A stretch of 64,000 nucleotides of DNA. It comes from an uncultured Gammaproteobacteria bacterium (GTDB lineage: Bacteria; Patescibacteriota; Patescibacteriia; UBA9934). Made by a program: the position numbers and the translations under genes. The stretch spans positions 3,503 through 67,502 of the forward strand of contig CAZMTL010000001.1 of NCBI GenBank assembly GCA_964569575.1, read 5' to 3'. The notes under the pieces were generated by a model, which worked only from the letters and a program-made list of their open reading frames with translations, was not told the origin of the DNA and made no database searches. Shown here piece by piece: positions 10,010 to 18,458 of the stretch; the stretch's first letter is position 1; every line of letters starts with the position of its first letter.

Positions 10010-10036
10010 CAAAAAATCGCCCGAAGGCGATGTTTT
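10010..10036. terminator. Bidirectional terminator hairpin (atcgcc-cgaa-ggcgat) flanked by an A-run and a T-run
   Basis: Lies between the convergent recQ (+) and the 10039..10416 (-) gene. Confidence 0.5.
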
Positions 10037-10038
10037 TG

Positions 10039-10416
10039 TTACTTGGCTGCCATCATTGCGTCGATAGCGTCCAGTAGTTCGTCCATTTTTTCATTTAGCA
10101 TTCGAAGTTGCTTTACAACATCTTCGTTACCACCACCGTGACTTGGTCGTGATGATCGTTCGAAACGATCGTCTCCACCGAACGAACGAGCTGAATCGTT
10201 TCCTTCTCGTCGGAAGCAGTCGCTGCAGTGAACTGGCTTTCGACCATTTGGCTTGAATGGTACTCGGCAATCTGCTCCACATGCTGCACAAACAGCTTCG
10301 AACATTTCCGAACGTCGGTCGTCTCGCTTGTCTTGACCGTATCCACCTTCAAAACGCTTATTAAATCCGCCTTTCTTCTTTCCAAACCCACCCTTCTTCT
10401 TAAAATCGAACGCCAT
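10039..10416 (-). CDS. Small basic RGG/G-rich protein with a CxxC...HCxxC zinc ribbon and a C-terminal helix
   Basis: ORF 10039..10428; likely start MAFDFKKKGGFGKKKGGF at 10416. Motif VCAACGADCRVPFKPNGRKPVHCSDCF. Confidence 0.45.
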   Translation of the reverse strand: MAFDFKKKGGFGKKKGGFNKRFEGGYGQDKRDDRRSEMFEAVCAACGADCRVPFKPNGRKPVHCSDCFRREGNDSARSFGGDDRFERSSRPSHGGGNEDVVKQLRMLNEKMDELLDAIDAMMAAK

Positions 10417-10586
10417 ATAAATAAACACTCGTTAATCGCGCGACAACGCCACGCACCTCCTTAATTCGTTGCCTGTCATCAGGCGCGAGAGGAAGCAGAA
10501 TGTATACCATGCTTTTCAAAAAATAGCTAGTGCTAGACATTATTGCCATTCGCTTACGCCGTCATTTCTGATACACTGTTTCTATT

Positions 10587-10994
10587 ATGAAATATCTTCC
10601 CGTTCGATTGCTCTTGATTGTTGGCGCAGGCTTCTTTCTTTTTGAGGCAGCACTGCACCTGCTTGGTCTGCCTATTTTGCAGCACGACAAAATCTTTCTC
10701 TTCACCCACGATCGATATATCGGTATCTACGCATTAACCATGTGCGCCATAATGTCACTGACTGCTTTCGATATTGAACGTTATCGTGTATTTTTTTGGG
10801 TAATCATGACCAGCGTCTTGCTCGGCATCGGTAATGCTATGTTTATCGCGCGCGCCGGTGGTTATAGAGTTCTTTTTCCTCCAGCACAAACTGTTGACGG
10901 ACAACTTTCTCTTCTCGGCGTTGGAGCCATTGTATGGTACCTGCTTCTGCTTATCAGCTACTTTGTACTTCGTCCAACATCCAAAACAGACTAG
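10587..10994 (+). CDS. Hypothetical integral membrane protein (4 predicted TM helices)
   Basis: 135 aa with hydrophobic segments throughout. No known motif. Confidence 0.4.
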   Translation: MKYLPVRLLLIVGAGFFLFEAALHLLGLPILQHDKIFLFTHDRYIGIYALTMCAIMSLTAFDIERYRVFFWVIMTSVLLGIGNAMFIARAGGYRVLFPPAQTVDGQLSLLGVGAIVWYLLLLISYFVLRPTSKTD

Positions 10995-11009
10995 CGCATT
11001 TTGACCAAA

Positions 11010-11207
11010 TTACTTTAGCCGCCCTGTTTTTTTATCGACATTTTTATTAATGAATTTTTGCAAATCCTTGTCATCTTCTTTTAACGGCACCAACATCACC
11101 CACGGTTTTCCGTGCCGTGATAGGATGACATTTTCCTGGCGATAGTGGATTTGGTCGATTACATCACTTACTACTTTTCTAAACTCGGACACGCTGAATA
11201 CTTTCAT
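11010..11207 (-). CDS. Phd/YefM-family antitoxin-like protein; appears orphan, with no adjacent toxin ORF
   Basis: 65 aa. Segment VILSRHGKPWVMLVP is typical of the Phd/YefM fold. No toxin ORF downstream on the minus strand. Confidence 0.45.
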   Translation of the reverse strand: MKVFSVSEFRKVVSDVIDQIHYRQENVILSRHGKPWVMLVPLKEDDKDLQKFINKNVDKKTGRLK

Positions 11208-11315
11208 ATTTTTGTTTTATATTAGCAGTATATTAAAGTTATACACTTTGTCAAATTTGTACAAATTGTAAATTTAGTATATAATTTATTTGTAACTTAC
11301 ATAACCATACTATTT

Positions 11316-11522
11316 ATGAATAACCAATCAGGGACATCTCAAAAATGGGAAGGGCGATGGGATCAGCTTACCGGTAAAGTGAAGCAGGTTTGGTCGGATA
11401 TTACTGACGACGATCTCAAAAAAGCCGAGGGTAAGTACGAAGAAACAATCGGGATGATTAAAGAGAAGACTGGCAAAACCCGAGAAGAGATCGAACAAAA
11501 ACTAAACGAAATGGAGAGTTAG
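11316..11522 (+). CDS. CsbD-family general stress protein
   Basis: 68 aa. Segment GKVKQVWSDITDDDLKKAEGKYEETIGMIKEKTGKTREEIEQKL is the CsbD pattern. A strong terminator follows. Confidence 0.6.
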   Translation: MNNQSGTSQKWEGRWDQLTGKVKQVWSDITDDDLKKAEGKYEETIGMIKEKTGKTREEIEQKLNEMES

Positions 11523-11537
11523 TCACTCCCTATTTAA

Positions 11538-11577
11538 AACAGAAGCTGTCTTTTTCAAGACGGCTTCTGTTTTTTTG
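11538..11577 (+). terminator. Rho-independent terminator (11-bp stem cagaagctgtc / gacggcttctg plus T7)
   Basis: Read directly downstream of the CsbD-like gene. Confidence 0.7.
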
Positions 11578-11605
11578 TAGATTATTACTGCAAACGAATC
11601 AATCA

Positions 11606-11965
11606 CTACTTGTCTGTAAATAGTTCTTTGATAAAGATAGCTACACTTTGCTTGTATTCGGCTTGCTTTGCTCGCACAGCAGCATTGTAGTCTTCTTCAC
11701 TTTCTCCTTCTTCTCTTTCGACGCGAATGTTCTGGTCAATCCAAGTACTTGCCCTTTCCATCAATTCATCGGGAGAATAATTTCGTTCTCCGCTATTTGG
11801 GAACACTTCTTTGTACATTTCCGTAGCGTCGTTGGTGGGATGGTCGACAATGCTCGATACCACCAAAGTCCCGCGCTCTGCAACTTTTCCAGGCAGTTTC
11901 TTGATTCGATCAAAAAAGTCAGCTTCCGGTCTAATGATCCTTGGAGATTCGTGGCTTTTTACCAT
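11606..11965 (-). CDS. Hypothetical protein
   Basis: 119 aa, acidic, no recognised motif. Confidence 0.4.
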   Translation of the reverse strand: MVKSHESPRIIRPEADFFDRIKKLPGKVAERGTLVVSSIVDHPTNDATEMYKEVFPNSGERNYSPDELMERASTWIDQNIRVEREEGESEEDYNAAVRAKQAEYKQSVAIFIKELFTDK

Positions 11966-12013
11966 AGAGTTTGATTATACTATTGTTCTTTCTTTGATAT
12001 ACTAACATAGAGT

Positions 12014-12685
12014 ATGAAATCTTCCGATTCCTCGAGCATTAACCGTGTTAGAAGACTGGTTGCAGTGCTGTTTCCACTTGGAATGGCGCTCGTCTTTTTA
12101 CAAGCATTAATATTTCCGACCCAGCGTGCTGAATGGATTTATTCTGGAGCATTTTTGATTTTTCTTTTTGAGTTTCTTGCCGTGTTTGCTGCCGTTGTGC
12201 CATATCGCCTGCGTGCTCGACTTCAGCATTCACGCGCATCACTCTTTTCTCGACTGTACGTTTCTCAGTCAGAACTTATCATGCTTTTTATCGTTTGTGC
12301 TTTGGCGATTCTTGTTGCCGTTGCTCTTGATGGACCAATTATTCTTCTCTTTTTCTTTCTTTCGCTGTTTCAAAAATTGTTTTCTTCGAAACGCACCGAA
12401 TCGGCTGAAGTTGATTGGATTGTTCCAGCGCTTCTCTACATCCTCACCATCTTCGTCGTCTCCTCAATTTCGAGTGAGTTCATCGCTTCGCTATTTCCTT
12501 TGCCCGATTCGGTTATCGCTCAGCGACCAGTGAATCAGGGCGGGACTTTCACCGATACGCCTCAATTAATTTTGACTTGGGGAATTCTGTATTTTTCACT
12601 CATGACTCTGTACCAATGTTTTAAAGTTTCCGTAGATGCATTTTTGATGCGTGAAAAGCGGACAACTTTAACATCCGGCGTATAA
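12014..12685 (+). CDS. Hypothetical integral membrane protein
   Basis: 223 aa with about 6 hydrophobic helices. Confidence 0.4.
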   Translation: MKSSDSSSINRVRRLVAVLFPLGMALVFLQALIFPTQRAEWIYSGAFLIFLFEFLAVFAAVVPYRLRARLQHSRASLFSRLYVSQSELIMLFIVCALAILVAVALDGPIILLFFFLSLFQKLFSSKRTESAEVDWIVPALLYILTIFVVSSISSEFIASLFPLPDSVIAQRPVNQGGTFTDTPQLILTWGILYFSLMTLYQCFKVSVDAFLMREKRTTLTSGV

Positions 12686-12700
12686 GTATTTACCAATTAT

Positions 12701-13504
12701 ATGAAGAAGAAACTGAAATTGATCTCTTGGAACGTAAATGGTTTGCGGGCTGTGATGCGGAAGAATGCATTTGTACCGTTTGTAACGGAGCACGATCCGG
12801 ATATTTTGTGCCTGCAAGAAACGAAAGCGATGCAAGGTCAGGCCGAGATTGATTTACCGCAATACGAAGAGATTTGGAATTCGGCGGAGAAGAAGGGATA
12901 TTCAGGGACAGCTATTTTTACAAAGATCAAGCCGTTGTCGATTATTTATGGCATTCCGGATGCGGATGAAACTTTTCTGGATTCGTTTGGTGATTCGCGA
13001 ACCGAAGGCCGTGTTATTTCTGCCGAGTTTGAGGATTTTTATTTAGTAAACGTGTACACGCCTAATTCGAAACGAGCGCTCGAGCGTTTGGATTATCGTC
13101 ACAGCGTTTGGGATGCTGCATTTTTGCAGCATATTAAAAATCTGGAGAAAAAGAAACCGGTGATTTTTTGTGGAGACTTGAATGTGGCGCACAAGGAAAT
13201 TGATCTTGCGCGGCCGGATGATAATCATCGTAACGCAGGATTCACTGACGAAGAACGTGAAGGAGCGGATAATATTGTTGCTGCTGGTTATATTGATTCG
13301 TTTAGACATTTTTATCCGGACAAAACAGATGAATACACGTGGTGGAGCAACTTCAATAAAGCACGTGAACGGAATGTTGGATGGAGAATTGATTACTTTT
13401 TTGTTAGTCCCAAATTGAAGAAACGGTTGAAATCGGCGGCAATTCATCAATCCGTGATGGGTTCGGATCACTGCCCTGTCGAAATTCAATTGAATCTTTC
13501 TTAA
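12701..13504 (+). CDS. xth: Exodeoxyribonuclease III (AP endonuclease, EEP family)
   Basis: 267 aa. Motifs LCLQETK, GDLNVAH and SDHCPV are present. Confidence 0.9.
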   Translation: MKKKLKLISWNVNGLRAVMRKNAFVPFVTEHDPDILCLQETKAMQGQAEIDLPQYEEIWNSAEKKGYSGTAIFTKIKPLSIIYGIPDADETFLDSFGDSRTEGRVISAEFEDFYLVNVYTPNSKRALERLDYRHSVWDAAFLQHIKNLEKKKPVIFCGDLNVAHKEIDLARPDDNHRNAGFTDEEREGADNIVAAGYIDSFRHFYPDKTDEYTWWSNFNKARERNVGWRIDYFFVSPKLKKRLKSAAIHQSVMGSDHCPVEIQLNLS

Positions 13505-13621
13505 TCTATTCTTGCCTTATGCCGCAACAGAAGAGGACTTCACTCGTTCCTGAATTCACCATCAAGTACCGTGCGAACGGCAAAGACAGAAAGAGGTATA
13601 AAAAAACGATTAACAATTAGT

Positions 13622-14347
13622 ATGCGGTATATTCTGCTTTTTGCTTGCCTTGTGTTAGTCGTCTACGTTGCTTCGCAATATGTTCGAACGCAGCAGTTTA
13701 TTTCTAAAGGAAGACAGATGTCTTTAGGAGCAGTTCGGTTTGAACGCGCACTCGAAAACGCACCGCTCCGAATTTTGATTATCGGCGACAGTACCGGTGT
13801 AGGAACAGGTGCAAGCGCCCCCGAATACTCGCTTGCGGGATTAGTTGGTGCTCGCTATCCAGCCGCTTCTATTCAGAATATCTCTGTAAACGGTGCACGA
13901 ATCGCAGGTACGATCGAACAGCTCGAGACCGCAGACGAACGATATGATCTTATCCTGATTCACACCGGCGGAAATGATGTGGTCAGATTTACGCCCTACA
14001 AAAAAATTCAAACCGATTTTGATGACTTGCTCGCACTCGCCGTTCAGAAATCTGATCGTGTCTTGATTACTTCGACGGGAAATATTGGAACCGTTCGACT
14101 CTTCCCTGCCCCTCTACGACCTGTGTTCGAGCGTCGATTTTTACACGTGCGCGACATGATGATTGCCAGTATCGAGACCGCTGGTGGTTCTGTTCGGTAT
14201 ACGGATTTGTACCGCACAAAGGAGAATGATCCATTTTATTTACAACCCGATCTCTATTTTGCCGAAGATCAATTTCATCCGAGTGATACGGGGTACGCTG
14301 ACTGGTTTCAGTTTATGAAAAAGGAATTGGAAGCGTTTGGGGTTTAA
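13622..14347 (+). CDS. SGNH/GDSL-family hydrolase, membrane-anchored
   Basis: ORF 13571..14347; ATG 13622 gives a signal-anchor MRYILLFACLVLVVYV. Block I ILIIGDSTGVG and block III GGNDV are present. Confidence 0.65.
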   Translation: MRYILLFACLVLVVYVASQYVRTQQFISKGRQMSLGAVRFERALENAPLRILIIGDSTGVGTGASAPEYSLAGLVGARYPAASIQNISVNGARIAGTIEQLETADERYDLILIHTGGNDVVRFTPYKKIQTDFDDLLALAVQKSDRVLITSTGNIGTVRLFPAPLRPVFERRFLHVRDMMIASIETAGGSVRYTDLYRTKENDPFYLQPDLYFAEDQFHPSDTGYADWFQFMKKELEAFGV

Positions 14348-14399
14348 ACAGCCTTACAATTATATTGACTTTTTTTGCTAACATGACTAGTATGCGGGG

Positions 14400-15842
14400 T
14401 TGCTTGGCAACAGCGCGTCATTCCGATGCGCTTACGAGAGGTGTCCATTGATTCGTATTAGCGAAGAAGTTCGTTCTGCCTGGACGGGCAACCACGATTG
14501 CCGGTATTCGTACGGCAATCTTCCTCCGGACTTTCTGGAGATTCTTGCCATGATGCGGGAAGCGTACATGGAGCGCATCACCTTCCCGAGCAAGGGTGAG
14601 ATGATGTCGTTCCTGCGTACCCGCGCGTACAACGACATTCGAGGTTCCCTCGATGAGCTCTTCCGGTTCCTCGAGAATCTTCGCTGCATCTACCGAGTCC
14701 GTGGCAAGTTCGCGTTCGACGGATCGCGTGCTACGACGGTTTCGATGTGTATTCGAGGCGATATCGAGCTGCCCGCGGTGAGCGCTGAACAGCTCTTGAA
14801 CCTGGAACGAAGCCTGGCCGTTCATTACGGCCTCGTACCTTCCTCGCGCAATCGCGTCGAGGACGCGAAGTTCGACCCGTTCAGCGAGATGGTTCAGCCG
14901 GATGGCGAAGGACTTGAGCTGGTTGCAGCGCTTTCGTTGCTGCCGGACGAGCTGCGTCAGTTCAACGTGATTCTGTCGCGTCTTTCGATCGACGGAGACG
15001 GTGTGCACGTATGGACGAAATCCGGCGAGCGCAGTCCGATCCTCGGTCAGCTCTGCGAGATGGGAATCGCTGTGGATTCTGGCGAGACGCGTGGCGACTG
15101 GTGTCGTTTCGATTTCGCTCAACGTCCTGATGCCCTTCATATCGTCGCGATTGATCAGCGCCTGCTCTTCGGGGTTTCGCAGCGATTGCACGACATGCTG
15201 AGCCGCTTCGTTGCGAGTTCTGACCCATTCGAATTGGAGCTCGCGCTTCTCGACGCGTTCGTGTACGACGAAGCAGTCGAGTGCGGACTGCTCGCCGCCC
15301 ATCCGTCGAACTCGAGCTGCCTGCCGGTGCTCGCGCCATTTCAGCCCTACGACTACTATGCGATCGAGCCGGTTTCGCTCGAAGTGCCTGTGATCGAGGA
15401 TGTTGCACCAATCGAGGTCGCTGCGCCGCCAACCATCACGAGCAATCGTCCAGCAGACGTAGATCGTGAGCGCCTGGCCCTTCGAGCACAGCTGCAGACC
15501 GAAGTAGCTGCAACTATCGCAGACATGAAGGAGACGACCTCCCGGATCACCGACTTCAAGGCCGAGCACGAGCGTGTGCGCCAGAAGTTCACCGAACAAT
15601 GCATTCTTCTTGCCGCACTGATTCGTGCAAACACCGAGTACACCGAGTACATCTGTTCAGATTTCGGCATCATCGTGCCCGAAGTGCGATTCGACTCTCA
15701 AGCCCGTAGTGCGCTCGAGGAACGCGAAATCCTACTAGAGCAGCTGCACGCCATTCCGCTCGTTCTCAAGTCCCTTGAAACGGATTTGGCGGCACTGAAG
15801 CTGCACCGAGCTGATCTGAAGGCGAAGCTCCGCAGGCTGTAG
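14400..15842 (+). CDS. Hypothetical 430-480 aa protein encoded by a GC-rich cassette, with a C-terminal coiled coil
   Basis: Strong GC3 codon bias on the + strand. The overlapping - strand ORF reads as antisense. A TTGACT-17-TAGTAT promoter lies at about 14366..14394. The real start may be ATG 14550, preceded by GGAG. No known domain. Confidence 0.45.
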   Translation: MLGNSASFRCAYERCPLIRISEEVRSAWTGNHDCRYSYGNLPPDFLEILAMMREAYMERITFPSKGEMMSFLRTRAYNDIRGSLDELFRFLENLRCIYRVRGKFAFDGSRATTVSMCIRGDIELPAVSAEQLLNLERSLAVHYGLVPSSRNRVEDAKFDPFSEMVQPDGEGLELVAALSLLPDELRQFNVILSRLSIDGDGVHVWTKSGERSPILGQLCEMGIAVDSGETRGDWCRFDFAQRPDALHIVAIDQRLLFGVSQRLHDMLSRFVASSDPFELELALLDAFVYDEAVECGLLAAHPSNSSCLPVLAPFQPYDYYAIEPVSLEVPVIEDVAPIEVAAPPTITSNRPADVDRERLALRAQLQTEVAATIADMKETTSRITDFKAEHERVRQKFTEQCILLAALIRANTEYTEYICSDFGIIVPEVRFDSQARSALEEREILLEQLHAIPLVLKSLETDLAALKLHRADLKAKLRRL

Positions 15843-15920
15843 CCCTGCAAACACACGAGCGCCCGCAACCACTTTCACGGTGGTCGCGGGCGCTGTTACT
15901 TTTATGGTGAATTTTTCTAT

Positions 15921-17081
15921 TTATTGTGCTCTTTTTGCTTTCCATTCCTTTGCAGCAAGCGTGTATCCGCCACCAGCGCCGTCGAGGAAGTGATGATGGC
16001 CGCGGTGTAGTCTTTCAACGTAGCACGTCATGATTGACGCCGGGCATTCAGCGAGGCCGTATAAAATCTTTCCTTTTGATTCGTATTCGTCTAGCACCTC
16101 GCGCATCTTCTTTCGTTGCTCTTTTGTGCCTGATACGATGGTGTACATCGTTCCTCCGCTCACGTGCAGAGTGTCGGTTGCTTCAACTACTTCTTGCAGG
16201 TATTCGTTTGGAGAAAATCCGACTTTTAACTTGAGTCGGAAAATAAGTGCGTGCATGACGGCCCCGTAGGCCTCGCGAAGGATTGGTTTAAAACCGGCGC
16301 TTCCCTGTTCTAATTTTTCTCTTCGCGAGAAGTTTTTTGAATTGATACTCGGTACCATTGCATCTTTTTCTACCGGGTGTCGCATGGTGTATTCGCCATA
16401 GACCTGTTCGATGTCGTCCAAAATGTCGGCGTATAGATTGGCTTCGTTTTTATGATCTTTTGCTTCAATAATCATGCAGACGATTTCTTCCTTTGGTTTC
16501 TTTGGAGGAATTTGATTCCATCGGCACATCATTCCGTTCAAGCTGACCATTTCTGGCATGGCTGATTGTGGAATGTCACCTGTCGACGGATCGGCTTTTA
16601 CTACGCGGTCTGCTTCAAGTAGCCCTTCACCGAGGAAAAGTGCTTGGTCGTATCCTTCCGAAACACGCCATTTACAGATTCGAAGAGAATCGCGCGTCTT
16701 CAACTTGTTCACTTCTACCGAGCCGACGCGCAGACGTAGCCCGTACGCTTGATGTGCGTTTGAACGAAGGGATTTTAGCGATTTCACCATTGCGTCAGCT
16801 AACTGGTTTGGAGCTAGAATTGTTGCGCCGTCCCCGCCGTAGAGAAATGGAATCTCTATCTTTGCGTTCTTTGCAATGTTGATACAGGCGATTACGCATG
16901 CTGCTGCAAGAATGTTGATGTCTTTCCCTCTTCCTTCCATCGTTGCTTTTGTTGATCCTTGGATGTCTGCCACAATCACTGACCAATCGGCTGGAATACT
17001 CACAAACGCACTTTTGTTTCGAAGTACTTCCTGCAATGTCCCTGTTGTCGCAGCTACGTTTGCGTAGAATTGTTGATTCAT
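15921..17081 (-). CDS. Class-III nucleotidyl-cyclase-like protein (possibly DUF3095-type)
   Basis: 386 aa. VIVADIQGST resembles the F-x-DI-x-G-F/S-T metal-binding motif of adenylyl/guanylyl cyclases, and YGGDGATIL resembles the second Asp motif. Assignment is by motif only. Confidence 0.4.
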   Translation of the reverse strand: MNQQFYANVAATTGTLQEVLRNKSAFVSIPADWSVIVADIQGSTKATMEGRGKDINILAAACVIACINIAKNAKIEIPFLYGGDGATILAPNQLADAMVKSLKSLRSNAHQAYGLRLRVGSVEVNKLKTRDSLRICKWRVSEGYDQALFLGEGLLEADRVVKADPSTGDIPQSAMPEMVSLNGMMCRWNQIPPKKPKEEIVCMIIEAKDHKNEANLYADILDDIEQVYGEYTMRHPVEKDAMVPSINSKNFSRREKLEQGSAGFKPILREAYGAVMHALIFRLKLKVGFSPNEYLQEVVEATDTLHVSGGTMYTIVSGTKEQRKKMREVLDEYESKGKILYGLAECPASIMTCYVERLHRGHHHFLDGAGGGYTLAAKEWKAKRAQ

Positions 17082-17093
17082 ATTGCACGCATT

Positions 17094-17918
17094 CTACTCC
17101 CGGCGGCCGGTTCTCGCAATTGCTTTTTGCTCTTTCCTTCTCTCTTTCAGCTCTTTTAAATCTGCTACTAAAATAAAACTAATAATGACAAGCAATGCCC
17201 ACGAACTGATCTTGCTTAAATGGACCAATTGCCATCCGTCAGCTTGGTTTGGATACTCCCAGGCGTTGAAGAGGGTTGAAATGTTTTCAGCAATCCAGAT
17301 AAAAAATCCAATAAGAAGGAATGTGAGGACGAGACTTATTTTTCTTGGCTTGGTTGTTACTGTGAAGATTACTTTTGATTTCCAGAAAAGAATGATCACT
17401 GCCGCAGCTAGGTACCATCGAAAATCTGGAATATAGTGATGCGTGAAGAAGTTGAGATAGATTAAAAATGCGAGCGGAAGACTGAGCCAGTAGGAAGGGT
17501 AATTCTCTAGTTTAAGATCTAGTTCACGCCATGCTTGCATCATAAAGCTAGCGATGGCTGAATACATAAATCCGCTATAAAGCGGGACGCCGCCTATTTT
17601 GAAGAATGCTGGCTCTGGATACGACCACGAGCCGATTTCGGGTAAGGTCTTGAAATACTCGAGCGCGAATCCGATCAGATGGAAGACCATGATTGTCTTC
17701 AACTCATCTTTTGTTTCTAGCTTTGTAGCAACCAGAATGATCTGCAGCAATATGGTTGAGATAAAGAGGAAATCATATCGAGCTAGTCCTCCAAGAGGAA
17801 TGTAGTTCGAAAGAAACAAAAGCACGAAAAACGTTCCTGCAAAGATGCAGGCTTTTGCGTGCTTCCAAATCCAGGTCGCCGCTTCTTTTGTCCAGTAGCG
17901 CAGAACCGCTTTATTCAT
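17094..17918 (-). CDS. Integral membrane protein, possibly DUF817-like
   Basis: 274 aa with about 7 TM helices and a basic C-terminus. The family guess is weak. Confidence 0.4.
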   Translation of the reverse strand: MNKAVLRYWTKEAATWIWKHAKACIFAGTFFVLLFLSNYIPLGGLARYDFLFISTILLQIILVATKLETKDELKTIMVFHLIGFALEYFKTLPEIGSWSYPEPAFFKIGGVPLYSGFMYSAIASFMMQAWRELDLKLENYPSYWLSLPLAFLIYLNFFTHHYIPDFRWYLAAAVIILFWKSKVIFTVTTKPRKISLVLTFLLIGFFIWIAENISTLFNAWEYPNQADGWQLVHLSKISSWALLVIISFILVADLKELKERRKEQKAIARTGRRE

Positions 17919-18017
17919 TCATTAGTTATAGCCTGTTTTATTACTTTTCACAATTGACCCTCCCTTCTCTTGACAATAGTTAAGTTTCTAATATACTTAG
18001 CCACTTAACTACTCTCT

Positions 18018-18458
18018 ATGTCCCGCGAACAACTTATTTCACAGGCGTTTTTGCACAGCACTACCATGCATCGCCTTATTTCTAAACGACATTTGGAAGA
18101 CGCAAAAAGCCATCACGTCCCTTCCAAGGCGCAGATGGGCATTCTTCTTATGCTCGCAGATAATTCGAGAAATGTGGCAGAACTCGCTCATTGCTTTGGC
18201 ATTACACCAAGCGCCGTTACACAGCTGATCAACGGTTTACACGATGATGGTTTACTTTCCCGGACAGTTGACACCGAAGATCGTAGAAAAGTTTCGCTTC
18301 GTCTCACTAAGAAAGGAGTAACTGCCGTAAAGAAAATCCAGCAGCAGCGCGAAGCGTTTTTTGGCGAGATTCTTGCTCCGTTAACAGACAAAGAGCTTGC
18401 ACAGCTGAATGCGATTCAACAAAAAATCTTGTCTCATTTTGAACCCTATGAAAAATAA
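18018..18458 (+). CDS. MarR-family transcriptional regulator
   Basis: 146 aa. Winged-helix pattern (VPSKAQMGILLMLAD..RNVAELAHCFGITPSAVTQLINGLHDDGLLSR..DTEDRRKV.L.LTKKG). It precedes the ABC exporter pair. Confidence 0.75.
   Translation: MSREQLISQAFLHSTTMHRLISKRHLEDAKSHHVPSKAQMGILLMLADNSRNVAELAHCFGITPSAVTQLINGLHDDGLLSRTVDTEDRRKVSLRLTKKGVTAVKKIQQQREAFFGEILAPLTDKELAQLNAIQQKILSHFEPYEK

Noticed and set aside
9752-10391. ORFs 9752..10141 (+) and 10113..10391 (-) overlapping the zinc-ribbon gene
   Set aside because: They overlap the repeat, terminator region and the better-supported 10039..10416 gene. No coding features.
14418-15599. 393-aa ORF on the minus strand overlapping the GC-rich 14400..15842 gene
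   Set aside because: GC3 codon bias and start context (promoter, SD) support the plus strand. The minus frame is Arg-rich, as expected for an antisense reading of a high-GC gene.
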